A model generated the notes under the pieces. That model made no database searches. It was not told where the DNA came from and worked only from the letters and a program-made list of their open reading frames with translations. A stretch of 64,000 nt of DNA, taken from positions 51,026,001-51,090,000 of the forward strand of contig NC_042998.1 of assembly GCF_006345805.1 (NCBI RefSeq), given 5' to 3'. The stretch comes from Octopus sinensis. Its lineage: Eukaryota. Of the stretch, positions 52,713 through 64,000 are shown piece by piece. The stretch's first letter is position 1. Each line of letters begins with the position of its first letter. Made by a program: the position numbers and the translations under genes.

Positions 52713-53315
52713 TAGTAAGAGAATGTAGCATGTTGGCACAGGAAGAATACAAGAAAAGACTTGACAACCTAGGGAGAGTAATCCACTGAGAGTCATGGAG
52801 AAAGTGAAGATTTGACCATTCTGATAAATGGTATAAACATGAACCTAGTAAAGTACTAGAAAGTAAGAAATATAAAATGTTGTGGGACTTTAACATTTAG
52901 ACTGATAGAGTAATAGAAACTAGAAGGCCTGATTTGGTAGTAGTAGATAAAGAGAATAGAAAGTGCCAGATAATTGACTTTACAGTCTCAAATGATGAAA
53001 AAATTAATATGAGAGGTATAGAAAAAATAGCAAAGTACCAGGACCTAGCCATTAAATTACAGAGGTTATGGAAAGTACGGGTAAACGTATTCCAGTAGTT
53101 ATAGGTGTGTTAGGAACTATCCCTAAAGATTTGAACAGATGAATAGATAAAGTAGGCATAAAACCCAGTTTAGTACAGCTCCAGAAAACAGTGTTATTAG
53201 GGACAGCCAGGACACTTAGGACGATTCTTGGCCTCTAAGGTTACTTGTTGTAGCCCATTGTTAAGAATTTTTCTTTTCCAACAGTCTTATCTGTTGTGTT
53301 TATATGAATAATAAT
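52712..53315 (+). mobile_element. 5'-truncated R4/Dong-like LINE (restriction-like endonuclease), with stops and a frameshift
   Basis: LWDFNI*TDRVIETRRPDLVVVDKENRKCQIIDFTV...EKIAKYQDL...LWKV...VVIGVLG. Begins immediately after (TAA)n at about 52589-52711. Confidence 0.85.
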
Positions 53316-53744
53316 GATGATGGTGATAATAATCATTTTAACATCTTCTTTTCTTAGCTTGCATGAGACAGATTTTTTTTCTATGGCTGGATGCCCTTCC
53401 TATTGCAAACCATCAAAATTAACAATAGTAATAGATTCACATTTTGGCACAAGACCATCATCACTGTTTAATGACCACTTTCCAGGCTGGCATAGGTTGG
53501 ATGGTTTGACATAGGGCTGACTAGCAGGGAGCTTTCCAGACTCCAGCTGTCTATTGAGGCATGGTTTCTAAAGCTAGATGTCTTTCCTAATGTTAACCAC
53601 TTAACAGAGTGTGTTGGGTGCTTTTTTATGTGTCACCAGCATGGGTGCATTTACACAGCACCAGCACAGGTGCTTTTTAAGTGGCACCAGCACCTGAAAG
53701 GACAAGCCTGTATGTATGGAAAATGGCAGTTTTACTTAGCTTGA

Positions 53745-53990
53745 TGTCTTATCAAGTACAGCAAATCACCACAGCTTCCAGTCCTTTGCCATTTTCTCAG
53801 TGAGGTCCAGAATCCAAAAATCCTTTCTCACCACTTCATCTCACGTCGTCCTGGGTTTGCCCCTTTCCACAGGTAACCTCCACAATTAGAGCTTGGCACT
53901 TCTTTACGCAGCTCTCCTCATCCATATGCATCACATGACCAAATGAAAGCAGTCTCCTCTCTTGTACACAACATCAGATGACTCTTATAC
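53745..53990 (-). mobile_element. RTE-clade LINE 3' end (related to 24890-25432)
   Basis: VVYKRGDC..FGHVMHMDEESCVKKC motif. Confidence 0.65.
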
Positions 53991-54848
53991 CCAGTTTTCC
54001 TCCTACATCATTTACACTCTGTCATGCATGCACACTAACATTCATGACAGCCCATCGTATATATGTATATATATGTGTATGTATGTGTGTGTGTGTATAT
54101 GTTTGTGTGTCTGTGTTTGTCCTCCCAGCATTGCTTGACAACCGATGCTGGTGTGTTTATGTCCCCGTAACTTAGTGGTTTGGCAAAAGAGACCGATAGA
54201 ATAAGTACTAGGCTTACAAAGAATAAATCCTTGCTCGACTAAAGGTGGTGCCCCAGCATGGCCACAGTCACATGACTGAAACAAGTAGAAGTGAGTATAG
54301 GTCGAGGGCGCAATGGCCTAGTGGTTACAGGATTTTACTCACGCTCATGATATCCCTAGACTGAGTAGTGTGTTGTGTCTTTGAGCAAAACACTTCATCT
54401 TGCATTGCTCTGCAATTAATTCAACACTTGATGTGTAGTACACCATGCCCCTATTCAGACAACATTGATTTGATGAAGAGAATGAGTTGATGTGCAGCAC
54501 GAACATTTGATCACTTAAACAGATCATTTGTGCAGGTTGTTCATCAAAAGCTGAACACTCATATGTTGTATTCAATGGGAGAGTTCAACATATACAGTAG
54601 GTACAGACGTGGCTGTGTGGTAAAAAGCTTACTCTCCAACCACATGCATCAGGGTTCAGTCCCACTGCATGGCACCTGGGGCAAGTGTTTTCTGTTATAG
54701 CCTCGGGCTGACCAAAGCCTTGTGAGTGAGTGGATCTGGTAGACAGAAACTCAAAGGAGCTGAGTCCCACTATGTCAGCAAGGAAGGTGGACCTTAAACA
54801 ATGATGATGATGATGATGATATATTTAAGTCATAATATATAGACTCAC

Positions 54849-54892
54849 GTAATCCAGCAGTACTCATCACAAAAAAAACCTCCTTAATATGT
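54849..54892 (-). CDS. Candidate upstream exon ending ...ATG AGT ACT GCT GGA TTA C (MSTAGL, phase 1)
   Basis: Strong donor TTAC|gtgagt; weak acceptor ttgtacaaag. Phase 1 is compatible with the 26436 exon. Confidence 0.2.
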
Positions 54893-54959
54893 CTTTGTAC
54901 AAACAATATAGAATATATAGTAACATACAAGAAAAGATAAGGTGTATATAAAGTTATGG

Positions 54960-55140
54960 CATTACAACCAGCCAGGAACAGTCTTCACTACATTTGCGGT
55001 ACCTGCCAGAGGGAGTGTTTGTCCAGGATAGGACTACACAGCCACAGCAGGAAATGTATCAGGACATGAAATGTAAAAGCCAGACTAGATTACTTTATGC
55101 ACAACTCCATTGTCTCCCGAGACAAAAAGGGTGCCAACCA
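54960..55140 (+). mobile_element. RTE/BovB-like LINE 3' terminus with C2H2-like finger
   Basis: YICGTCQRECLSRIGLHSHSRKC followed by a stop. Confidence 0.7.
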
Positions 55141-55254
55141 ATATAAAGTTATGAATGATAGAGAAATATTTAAATGAACTTTTATTTAACAAAAGAAAAA
55201 TCCAAATATGACAAATTTATAATATAAGTTATTTCCATGTTTTTTAGTTACTTT

Positions 55255-55320
<66 letters not shown>

Positions 55321-56116
55321 ATGTATGTGTGTGTGTGTGTGAGTCTGTCTTTGTTTCTGCCACCATCACTGCTTGGCAACTGGTGCCGGTGTGTTTACTT
55401 ACATCCCTGTAACTTAACAGTTCAACCAAAGGCATCAACAGAATAAGTACCAGGCTTTAAAAGAAGATAAGCACTGGGTCTGATACATAAATTCAACTAA
55501 AATTCTTCAAGGCAGTGCCCCAGCATGGCCACATTCTAATGACTGAAACAAGTAAAAGATAAAAGAAAAAGATAAAAATCACATAGTCTGGGTTCAGTCC
55601 CACTGGGTGGCATTTAGGGTAATTGTCATCTACTATAACCCTCATCATAATCAACACCACCACCACCACCACCACCGTCATCATCATCATCATCATCATC
55701 ATCATCAATTAACATCTGCTTTCCATGCTGGCATGGGTTGGAAGCAATGACAGCCTGGAAAATGAATTTGTTAGGCAAAAAATAAAAATTCCATTGTATA
55801 CAGGCGGAAAAATATGTCCATGTGTATGGGGGTGGTACACGTGTTTTGGGGTGAGCTTGTGTATACATGCACCTGTGTGCATGTTTGCATTTCTGTCTCC
55901 TTGCTGCTGTCCTGACACTGTTATGCATTGATTACCATTATACAAGCACAGTTGCTTTGTCTGCAATCTTCCACGAAAACATGCATGGTCTGGTGGTGAT
56001 GAGGGAAATATTACCTTACTTGGAAACAGGTAAAAGTTGTGAAAAGAAGAAGGGCATCCGTCGTAGGAAATCTGCCACAACAAATTCTGTCTGATCCGTG
56101 GATAACTAGACACTAA

Positions 56117-56465
56117 AATGATGAGGATAAAGGTGATGATGATGATGCTTACGATGACAATTATGATGATGATGATGATGATGATGATTATGATGATGAT
56201 AATCAAGATGACAAAGATGATGATGATTATTATTACAATCATGACAATGATGATGATGATCATGATTATAATCATGATGACAAACATGATGATTATTACT
56301 ATAATCATGATGACAATGATAATGATTATTATTATTATAGTCATGATGACAATGACAGTAACAATGATGACAGTGATTATGATGACGATGATAATGATTA
56401 TTATTATAATCAAGATGACAATGATGATGATGGTGGTCATGATGATGATGATGATGATGATGATC
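56117..56465. repeat. Compound (ATG/ATT/ACA) trinucleotide array
   Basis: Explains the low-complexity 243-aa and His-rich ORFs. Confidence 0.9.
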
Positions 56466-56569
56466 TAGTCTTAAGACTAAACAAATATTTTTTCTTTTCT
56501 CTTTCTTTTGAAAATGAAATTTATAAAAAAATAAAAAAGTCACCCCAAAACTGTTGACTTTTTCTTTTA

Positions 56570-56920
56570 AACTGTCGAAAGATGCTGTAGTAATGCATGA
56601 AATAAATTAATTACGGTAGTACAAGATAGACAAACAACCACTTCCCGACCGACCCGAATGTCTGCTATAATTAATGCCATGAATTCATAATCGGATTCAA
56701 ACCAGACGAGAATGTCAGCTGACACTGACATCCCAGCTATTGCTGTCATATCTGACATAAGAAGAAGTTCTACGTGATTGGCCGAGTCGTAGATAAAACG
56801 AATCCTCGCAAACAGAAAAACAAGAAACGACAGTCACCTACTTATTTATGAAACTAGTCGAGCCGAGACTTATCATTAAAGATGGATGGGGAAAAGGTAT
56901 ATTTAAATCTCACCGCTTTT
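56570..56920. promoter_or_regulatory. CpG-enriched unique patch, probable (possibly bidirectional) promoter
   Basis: About 16 CpG in about 350 bp by hand count, against CpG-poor unique flanks. GGCCAATCAC on the minus strand near 56775-56784. Confidence 0.45.
56882..56896 (+). CDS. Candidate first coding mini-exon (MDGEK) of a plus-strand gene running out of the window
   Basis: aaagATGG start context, ATG GAT GGG GAA AAG|gtatat, directly downstream of a CpG-enriched patch with a CCAAT box. Confidence 0.3.
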
Positions 56921-57036
56921 GAACATTGGGTGAATGAAAGAAAGAATGAATGAATGAATGGTTGGGCTTGGATGGCAGTGCTATCAAACAACTAATTAAA
57001 AGTGATCTCTGCTTATGCATATACATAGAGAGTTAT

Positions 57037-57073
<37 letters not shown>

Positions 57074-57084
57074 GAAATACATAT

Positions 57085-57158
<74 letters not shown>

Positions 57159-57393
57159 TATCATATAGATAAACATATATATATATCATATACATCATAT
57201 CATCATCATCATCATCATCGTCGTTTAACGTCCGTTCTCCATGCTAGCATGGATGTAGATATTTATAAATGTACAAGTATACATATACATATATATCACA
57301 TATATATATATCATATATATCATCATTAACATCCGCCTTCCATGTTGGTATGGGTTGGTACATATATATATATATATATATATGACATATATG

Positions 57394-57428
<35 letters not shown>

Positions 57429-57506
57429 GTCACATATATATGTCATATATATGTGTGTGTATGTATTTATATATATACATATATAAACACACACATATAT
57501 ATATAT

Positions 57507-57568
<62 letters not shown>

Positions 57569-57967
57569 ATCACACACACACACAACACACATGAAGAAAG
57601 AAGCATCAAGTGCTTACACTTCTATACACACTCACACAAGATGTAATGTCTAGCAGATATTATGATCTGCATATGCTCATCCCTATCATTTATACATCAT
57701 ATGATACCTTGAATCTAAGTGGATAACTAGCTTATCAACTTTCAGTTTGATACATCTTACATCTCTACTTAAGATGGATGGCTTTCATGCTGCTCTTGTT
57801 CGTTAGGTTTCTAAAGTTTTTCTGTTTTTCTTTCCATGAATTTTTGCCAATACTGAGAGTGTACTATGATGCATAGTGTGTTTATTTACCAGTAAATTAT
57901 AAAACTAGTATCATATAGAATAATTAAAGATCAATGCTTCTTCTTTTCATATGCATAATAAATAAAT

Positions 57968-58126
<159 letters not shown>

Positions 58127-58254
58127 CAAAACAGAAAAATAATCTTTACATTTTTAGATTTAGATAACTTACTATACACATTAAGCATACATACACATAC
58201 AACACACACACACACACATACACACACATACATATATACATATATACATCAGTG

Positions 58255-58378
58255 ACGATGAGTGAAAAAGAATACCTATGATGAACTATTGAGAGATGTA
58301 TAGTTAGTCTATCCAGATTACAAGTTCAGGTTTAAACCAGTAATTATTGCAGCACTGGGATATGTAATACACAGCTTA
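58255..58378 (+). mobile_element. Short RLE-LINE C-terminal remnant
   Basis: YDELLRDV*LVYPDYKFRFKPVIIAALGYV. Confidence 0.4.
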
Positions 58379-59590
58379 CATACCAGTCTTGAGAAATTAG
58401 GCTTCTCAAAACCAAAAAGGAGAAAACTAGCTCAAAGACTACAGATCCAAGCCATCACTGGAACTGTTAAAATTTGTAAAACTTTCCAGAAGTTTATCAT
58501 TTAAGTATATATATGAGCAAGTCTAGACATGCAACTATATGCATGAGAATACATTTATAAAGCAAAACATGCAAACTTGCATGTATACATACATACATAC
58601 ATGCATGCATACATACATACATACATACATACATACATACATACATACATACAAAAGTACCCTGTTGATGTTGTTGAAATTCCAATGAAGGAGCCTTGGA
58701 TCTAGATTAGAAACTGGCTTTTTCACTATTGGGAAGAAATCTTGAAGTAAAACTGAATAATGACATACATACACATATATACATACATACAGACAGATAG
58801 ACATAGTGAGATACATCTACCTCACGCCAGTATTGAAAAAATGGACAGGTATGAAATGCTGACGGTGGTGGTGCTACTGCTGTTGTTGCTGTTTTTAGTG
58901 GCAGTGGTGGTGGTGGTAGTAGTGGTGGTGGTAGTAGTGATGGTGGCAGTGGTGGTAGCAGTGGTGGTGGTGTTTTTGGTGATGGTAATAGTGGTGGTGG
59001 TAGTAGTTGTGGTGGCTGTGGTGGTGGTAGCAGTGGTGGTGGTGGTGGCAGTGACAGCAGTGACACAGGTAATGGTGGTGGTCATGATGGCAGTAGTATC
59101 ACTGGCAAATTTGTTGTTGGTGGTGGTGGTGGTGGTGGTGGTTGTCGTCGCCATTGTCATCATTGTCATAATATGAACTGAGCAATTTCTCCCAATGCTC
59201 AAAGCACTGAAAAGCTTTGGGTAGGATATGAACTTACAACCTACATGGTCATTTGTTCTACAAGAAATAACAACCAAATCTCTCCTAAACCTTCCCTACC
59301 AAAAAAAAAAAAAGAAAAGAAACAAAAAGCGGTACTCAGTAATTTAATCCTGATACACTTAATCTGAATAAAATACAGGATTGTTATTGCTAAAAACATC
59401 TTTAATAATGAGTTTGTTTAATCAGGTTTTAATAAGGGCAAAATAATATGAGCCAATGACAAACCGAAATATAACTGATGTGAGGCTAAACAACAATAAC
59501 AGTTATTACAATAACAATGTTGGAGTGGTTTTGTGTCAGTGACTAGGTTGCAATTGGATTGAAGAAAATCTTGACACCAGATATAAATGC

Positions 59591-60345
59591 TTAACTCTTT
59601 AGCATTCAGATTACCCAGTCAAATGTTGTAACCCCCTTCAGTCATGAATGACCATGGGATTGCACCTAGAAAGTTACCCTCCGAGGCACAAGTCTGGGAA
59701 AGTTTGTTTATGGGAGACCAGCAGTCGCCCATGCATACCAGCCTCCACTCTCCATGCCACCGATGTTATCCAAGGGAAAGGCAAATGCCAATACAGCTAG
59801 GCACCAGTGATGTCGCAGCTCATTTATTAACATGCAAGTGGCTGAGCACTCCACAGACACGTGTACCCTTAACATAGTTCTCAGGGAGATTCGGCATGAC
59901 ACAGAGTGTGACAAGGCTGGCCCTTTGAAATATAGATACAACGGAAACAGGAAGAGGGAGTGAGAGAAAGTTGTGGTGAAAGAGTACAGCAGGGTTCATC
60001 ATCACCCCCTGCCGGAGCCTCGTGGAGCTTTAGGTGTTTGTGCTCAATAAACACTCACAATGCCCGGTCTGGAAATCGAAACCGCGATCCTATGACCACG
60101 AGTCTGCTGCCTTAACTACTGGGCCATTGCACCTCCACACCCAGTCAAATGTAATGCTCATTTATTCACATTGTTTTAAATTAATCCTGGTTTATCTTAT
60201 AGCTTTCAGATGTTGTTGATGTGAGTGTTTAGTTTTAGAATGACATAGTAGGGTAGGTGTGAGAAGGCAGATACAGCCAGTTTAAATATGAAACAGATAG
60301 AATATCTGGGTTGGATATCGCTGGTTTAAAAAGCTAAATGGTTAA
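59591..60345 (+). mobile_element. piggyBac-like MITE, family 2, split by a SINE insertion
   Basis: ttaactctttagcattcag...gctaaatggttaa; a sibling at about 49987-50645 is split by a different SINE. Confidence 0.65.
59627..60138 (-). mobile_element. Full-length composite tRNA-head SINE (about 512 bp)
   Basis: tRNA-like head (TGGCCCAGTAG A box, GTTTCGATT B box) at the 60138 end; 14-bp TSD acccagtcaaatgt at 59613-59626 and 60139-60152. Confidence 0.85.
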
Positions 60346-60469
60346 GTGAAGATAACAGATTTTGTGTTTCTGAATAGCTAATTCTTCCACACTGTAGCTG
60401 TTTTAATTTCAACACACACATCTCTTGCCAGACAAGTACATTTCGAATTAACAACAACAACAACAACAA

Positions 60470-61300
60470 TTATTATTATTATTATTATTTTATGTTTGAC
60501 TTTTGCTTTACATTTGTACAAGTTGGCTTTAAATCTCACCCAGAAGCCTCAAGAGACAACAGACTGGAAGTTCATGTTGGTGTTATGCCTAGGGTGCCAT
60601 ATATTTGGTTTTGTACTTAGTGTTGTACTAGTGAATGTCTAAAAAAACATACGAAAATTATGTTTGTTTTAAAACTTGAGATTACATAGAAAGTACTCTG
60701 CGTAGGACAGTGCTTTTCAAACTTTTTGCTGAAGCGGAACCCCAAGGAAACATTCCACTGGCTCGAGGAACCCCTGTGCAATAATTTAATAGTCTTATGC
60801 ACACATATCTGCACAGGAAAATTAAAAATTACTGCCGATTTTAGCAGTTTTGTAACTTTTTGCGGAACCCCTGGACTGTACTGGCGGAACCCTTGTTGAA
60901 AACCACTGGCGTAGGATATGAGCAGTTCCCATGAGCACTATCTTTTGAATTTCTGCCATTTTCGGGTTTCCTGGCATCTGAGCTAGGTAGCAATCAGCCC
61001 CTTTTGCTATCATTCCCATGACACCTATGACAACAGGTATTGTTTTAGTCTTCAGGTTCCACATTTTGCTAATTTTTATTTCAAGATCTTTATATTTGCT
61101 CAGTTTTTGGTAGGTCTTGACAGATACGTTTATATCGATTGGGACAGTCATATCATTAAGTAGGCATGATTTTTGTCTGAAGTCTTTCAATATGATGTCT
61201 GGCCTATTCGCATCTATCTTTCTGTCAGTTTGAATGGTGAAATTCCAGAGGAGTGAGATATAATCCTTTTTCAAGTGCTGGAGGTGGTTTGTGTTCCCAC
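60470..61300 (-). mobile_element. 5'-truncated R4/Dong-like LINE (RLE domain), interrupted by a hAT MITE
   Basis: LWNFTIQTDRKIDANRPDIILKD...DMTVP...KLSKYKDLEIKISKMWNLKTKTIPVVIGVMG. TAA repeats at both ends. Confidence 0.9.
60708..60908. mobile_element. hAT-type MITE
   Basis: TIRs cagtgcttttcaa / ttgaaaaccactg; perfect 8-bp TSD gcgtagga at 60700-60707 and 60909-60916. Confidence 0.9.
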
Positions 61301-62024
61301 TTATTATTATTATTATTATTATTATGATGATGATGATGATGATGATGATGATGGTCACTCCAGTGTATTTTGACATATGAGTGTTTGAAGGAAAGGATTT
61401 AAAAAGAAAAAGTTTAAAAATAAAAGAAGCTGCATCCATTTGTTAGGGGTGCATGGGTGTAATTTGAGTCCAGGTATGGATATTGCTATGAAGTCACAGT
61501 GGAGACAATGATGATTTTGATCCTGTCTGGGGTTGGACAAATGTATCCGTTGAATGCAGGATATAATTCTTTTATTGTTCTGTTCCTTCAACTCAAATTG
61601 AATAATAATGACGGACTCTCCTGTCGAAGATGATGTATGAGTGTGCAGCTTTTTGCCAAACGACCAGCACAAATGATTTGTTTATAGTGATCAAATGTTC
61701 ATGCCACACATTAGCTCACTCTCTCCATCAAATCGACGTAGTCTGAACAGGTGCATGGTGTAGCTTGCATCAGGTATCATAGTGATTGCAGAGCAACATG
61801 AGATGATGAAGTTTTGCTCAAAAACACAACACTCCACCTAGTCAAGGAACTGAAATCATGACCTTTTGCTATGCTGTTATGAAATTTCCAGCACATTCTG
61901 TAGGAATTGAACAGGAAGTTGACAATACAAATACAAGCAGTAAGATATGCGGTACAGTGAAAGGATTGCTCAAAACAGACTTGAATCAGTAAGAGATTAG
62001 ATTCTAGGCACTAAACATAACTTA

Positions 62025-62297
62025 GTCTTCTTCTTCTTGTCTTGAGACAGCATTCACCTGGGGTGGGTTGAGCTGGCTTCATTCATCCTCAATGCTGCAT
62101 CTCTCACAAACGCTGACCAGGCCTGAAGATTTGAGGCTAACGACCTCATGATCTCCAGCCACTCCTTATTCCACCAGCGAATGCCGTACACATGGGGGCC
62201 TAGGTTGGGTTCCAAATCAGCCTTGCCTGTCATCAGCCAGATTTTTTGTTGTCCACCACATTGCTTTCGCCAACCCTGAAGGATGTGTTCTTTCACC
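62025..62297 (-). mobile_element. RTE LINE 3' terminus
   Basis: GWRKQCGGQQKIW...DLEPNLGPHVYGIRWWNKEWL...AWSAFVRDAA; (GAA)n tail. Confidence 0.75.
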
Positions 62298-63233
62298 GAC
62301 TCTTTTCAATTTTTTTAACTTAGCATATAAGAACACCCAAATTTCCCTCAGATCACACACAACCACCTTAAAAAAAAAGATGGACACGTTGAATACAACT
62401 ATCCTAGATACGCTATACTTCAGAAGAAAAATGGAATGGCGATAGTTGAAATTATGTTGGTCATTAGTTTTCTTGATCAATTTTGACATGGGTCTAAATA
62501 TCTACAATCAAGAATTATATTAAAGTAACTCCAGTGAATAACAGGAAGTCTTTTAGAGAAAAACTCTCTTAAAAATTAGCATAAAATGAGGAAACTTTGT
62601 AAGAAAAATTCAACATCATAAGAATGACTCATGAAGAAGGTGAGTTAAAGTTCTTCCTATATCTTTTAATTTTTTAAGTCATTGAATTGTGGCCATACTG
62701 GAGCACCACATCGAAGGATTTTATTTGAACAGAATGATCTCAGTACTTATTTTAAAGTCTGATGCTTATTATACTGATCTCTTTTGCTGAACCATTAATT
62801 TATCGGGACATAACCAAACCTACACCGGTTGTCAAGTGGTGGGTATGGGAAACACAGACACAAAGACCTAAACACACACACACACACAACAGGGTTCTAG
62901 ACAGATTTTGTCTACCAGATTTATTCAAGGCATTGGTGCTCCTGGGCTATGTTAGAATAAACGTATCCAAGGTGCCATACAGTGGGACTGAACTCAAAAC
63001 TTGTGTCGTTGCAAACCCAGCTTCCAAACTACACAATTTCTCACAATTTCTTTAACAACTGAAAATGCAATATGAAATACGAATTCTGGAAAACTAGAAT
63101 TTGTGGATCAGCAAGTCCAAGCTGAGAGTAAAGTAAACCTTTACGCTCATCTATCAATTACCAAGCAAGATATTATTAACAACCACAGATAATAAATACT
63201 ATAAATCAACTTTGTACAGTAATAAGGTAAGAT

Positions 63234-63626
63234 ACTCTTTTACTTGTTTCAGTCATTTGACTGCGGTCATGCTGGAGCACCGCCTTTAGTCGAGCAAATC
63301 GACCCTGGGACTTATTCTTTGTAAGCCCAGTACTTAATCTATCGGTCTCTTTTGCTGAACCGCTAAGTAACAGGGACATAAACACACCGGCAACGGTTGT
63401 CAAGCAATGCTAGGGGGATAAACACAGACACACAAACACACACAGACACATATACATATATACAACAGGCTTCTTTGAGTTTCTGTCTACCAAATCTGCT
63501 CACAAGGCTTTGGTCGGCCCGAGGCTATAGTAGAAGACACTTGCCCAAGGTGCCACGCAGTGGAACTGAACCAGGGACCATATGGTTTGATAGCAAGCTA
63601 CTTACCACACAGCCACTCCTGCGCCT
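63234..63626 (-). mobile_element. SINE family A copy
   Basis: Reverse complement of family A. Confidence 0.85.
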
Positions 63627-64000
63627 ATATACTACATGTTATAGTATCAAAGCTAAATGAATACAGATCAACAATACTATGGCTGCTATCAAATAGTGAA
63701 CCTTTTGATAAATAGAATAAGAGACAGCCCTATCAGTAATTGAAATACAGTGAAATGTAAGAGAATGTTTGTGGCAGATGGTCAATGCTGGACAAAACTG
63801 TGACAAAAGAGTTGAATATGGTCACATTGAATTCTAACGAGACCTTAAAAGGGTTAATTCAAGTACATGAAATAAATGCTGCAAATCTAAACCGTTTGAT
63901 TTATGATATAAATTAGATTAGTTGTTGGTAGCAGTAAATAATGGCACACAAAGAAGTGACAACAGAGGAAACACATGCAATAAACTCTCAGCACAATCAC

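Noticed and set aside
55709-56543. 243-aa Ile-rich and His-rich ORFs
   Set aside because: Translations of a compound trinucleotide array.
58707-59277. Pro/Thr/Val-rich ORFs (mucin-like)
   Set aside because: (GGT/GCA)n low-complexity tract open in several frames; no splice support.

Overview
Eukaryotic, AT-rich, repeat-saturated DNA. From the SINE repertoire and the (TA)n/(ATG)n/(TAA)n/(GATA)n load it is most likely an octopus (cephalopod) genome; this is an inference from recall, not from a search. Nearly all ORFs in the supplied track are translated microsatellites or SINEs. The window holds at least four tRNA-head or (GAT)n-tailed SINE families, decayed RTE LINE pieces, 5'-truncated R4/Dong-type LINEs (restriction-like endonuclease) abutting TAA repeats, Penelope-like (PLE) remnants, Helitrons, and piggyBac-, hAT- and mariner-type MITEs, often nested. 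Only one host coding exon is convincing (minus strand, 26325-26436, acidic then lysine-rich, gene not identified). Two CpG-enriched promoter-like patches lie at about 28.3-28.8 kb and 56.6-56.9 kb. The most notable signal is a set of minimal hammerhead-ribozyme motifs from several unrelated PLE pseudo-LTRs: one structurally complete (3338-3375), one near-complete core variant (25577-25612) and several decayed. There are also many long fold-back hairpins. All coordinates and alignments were read by hand.
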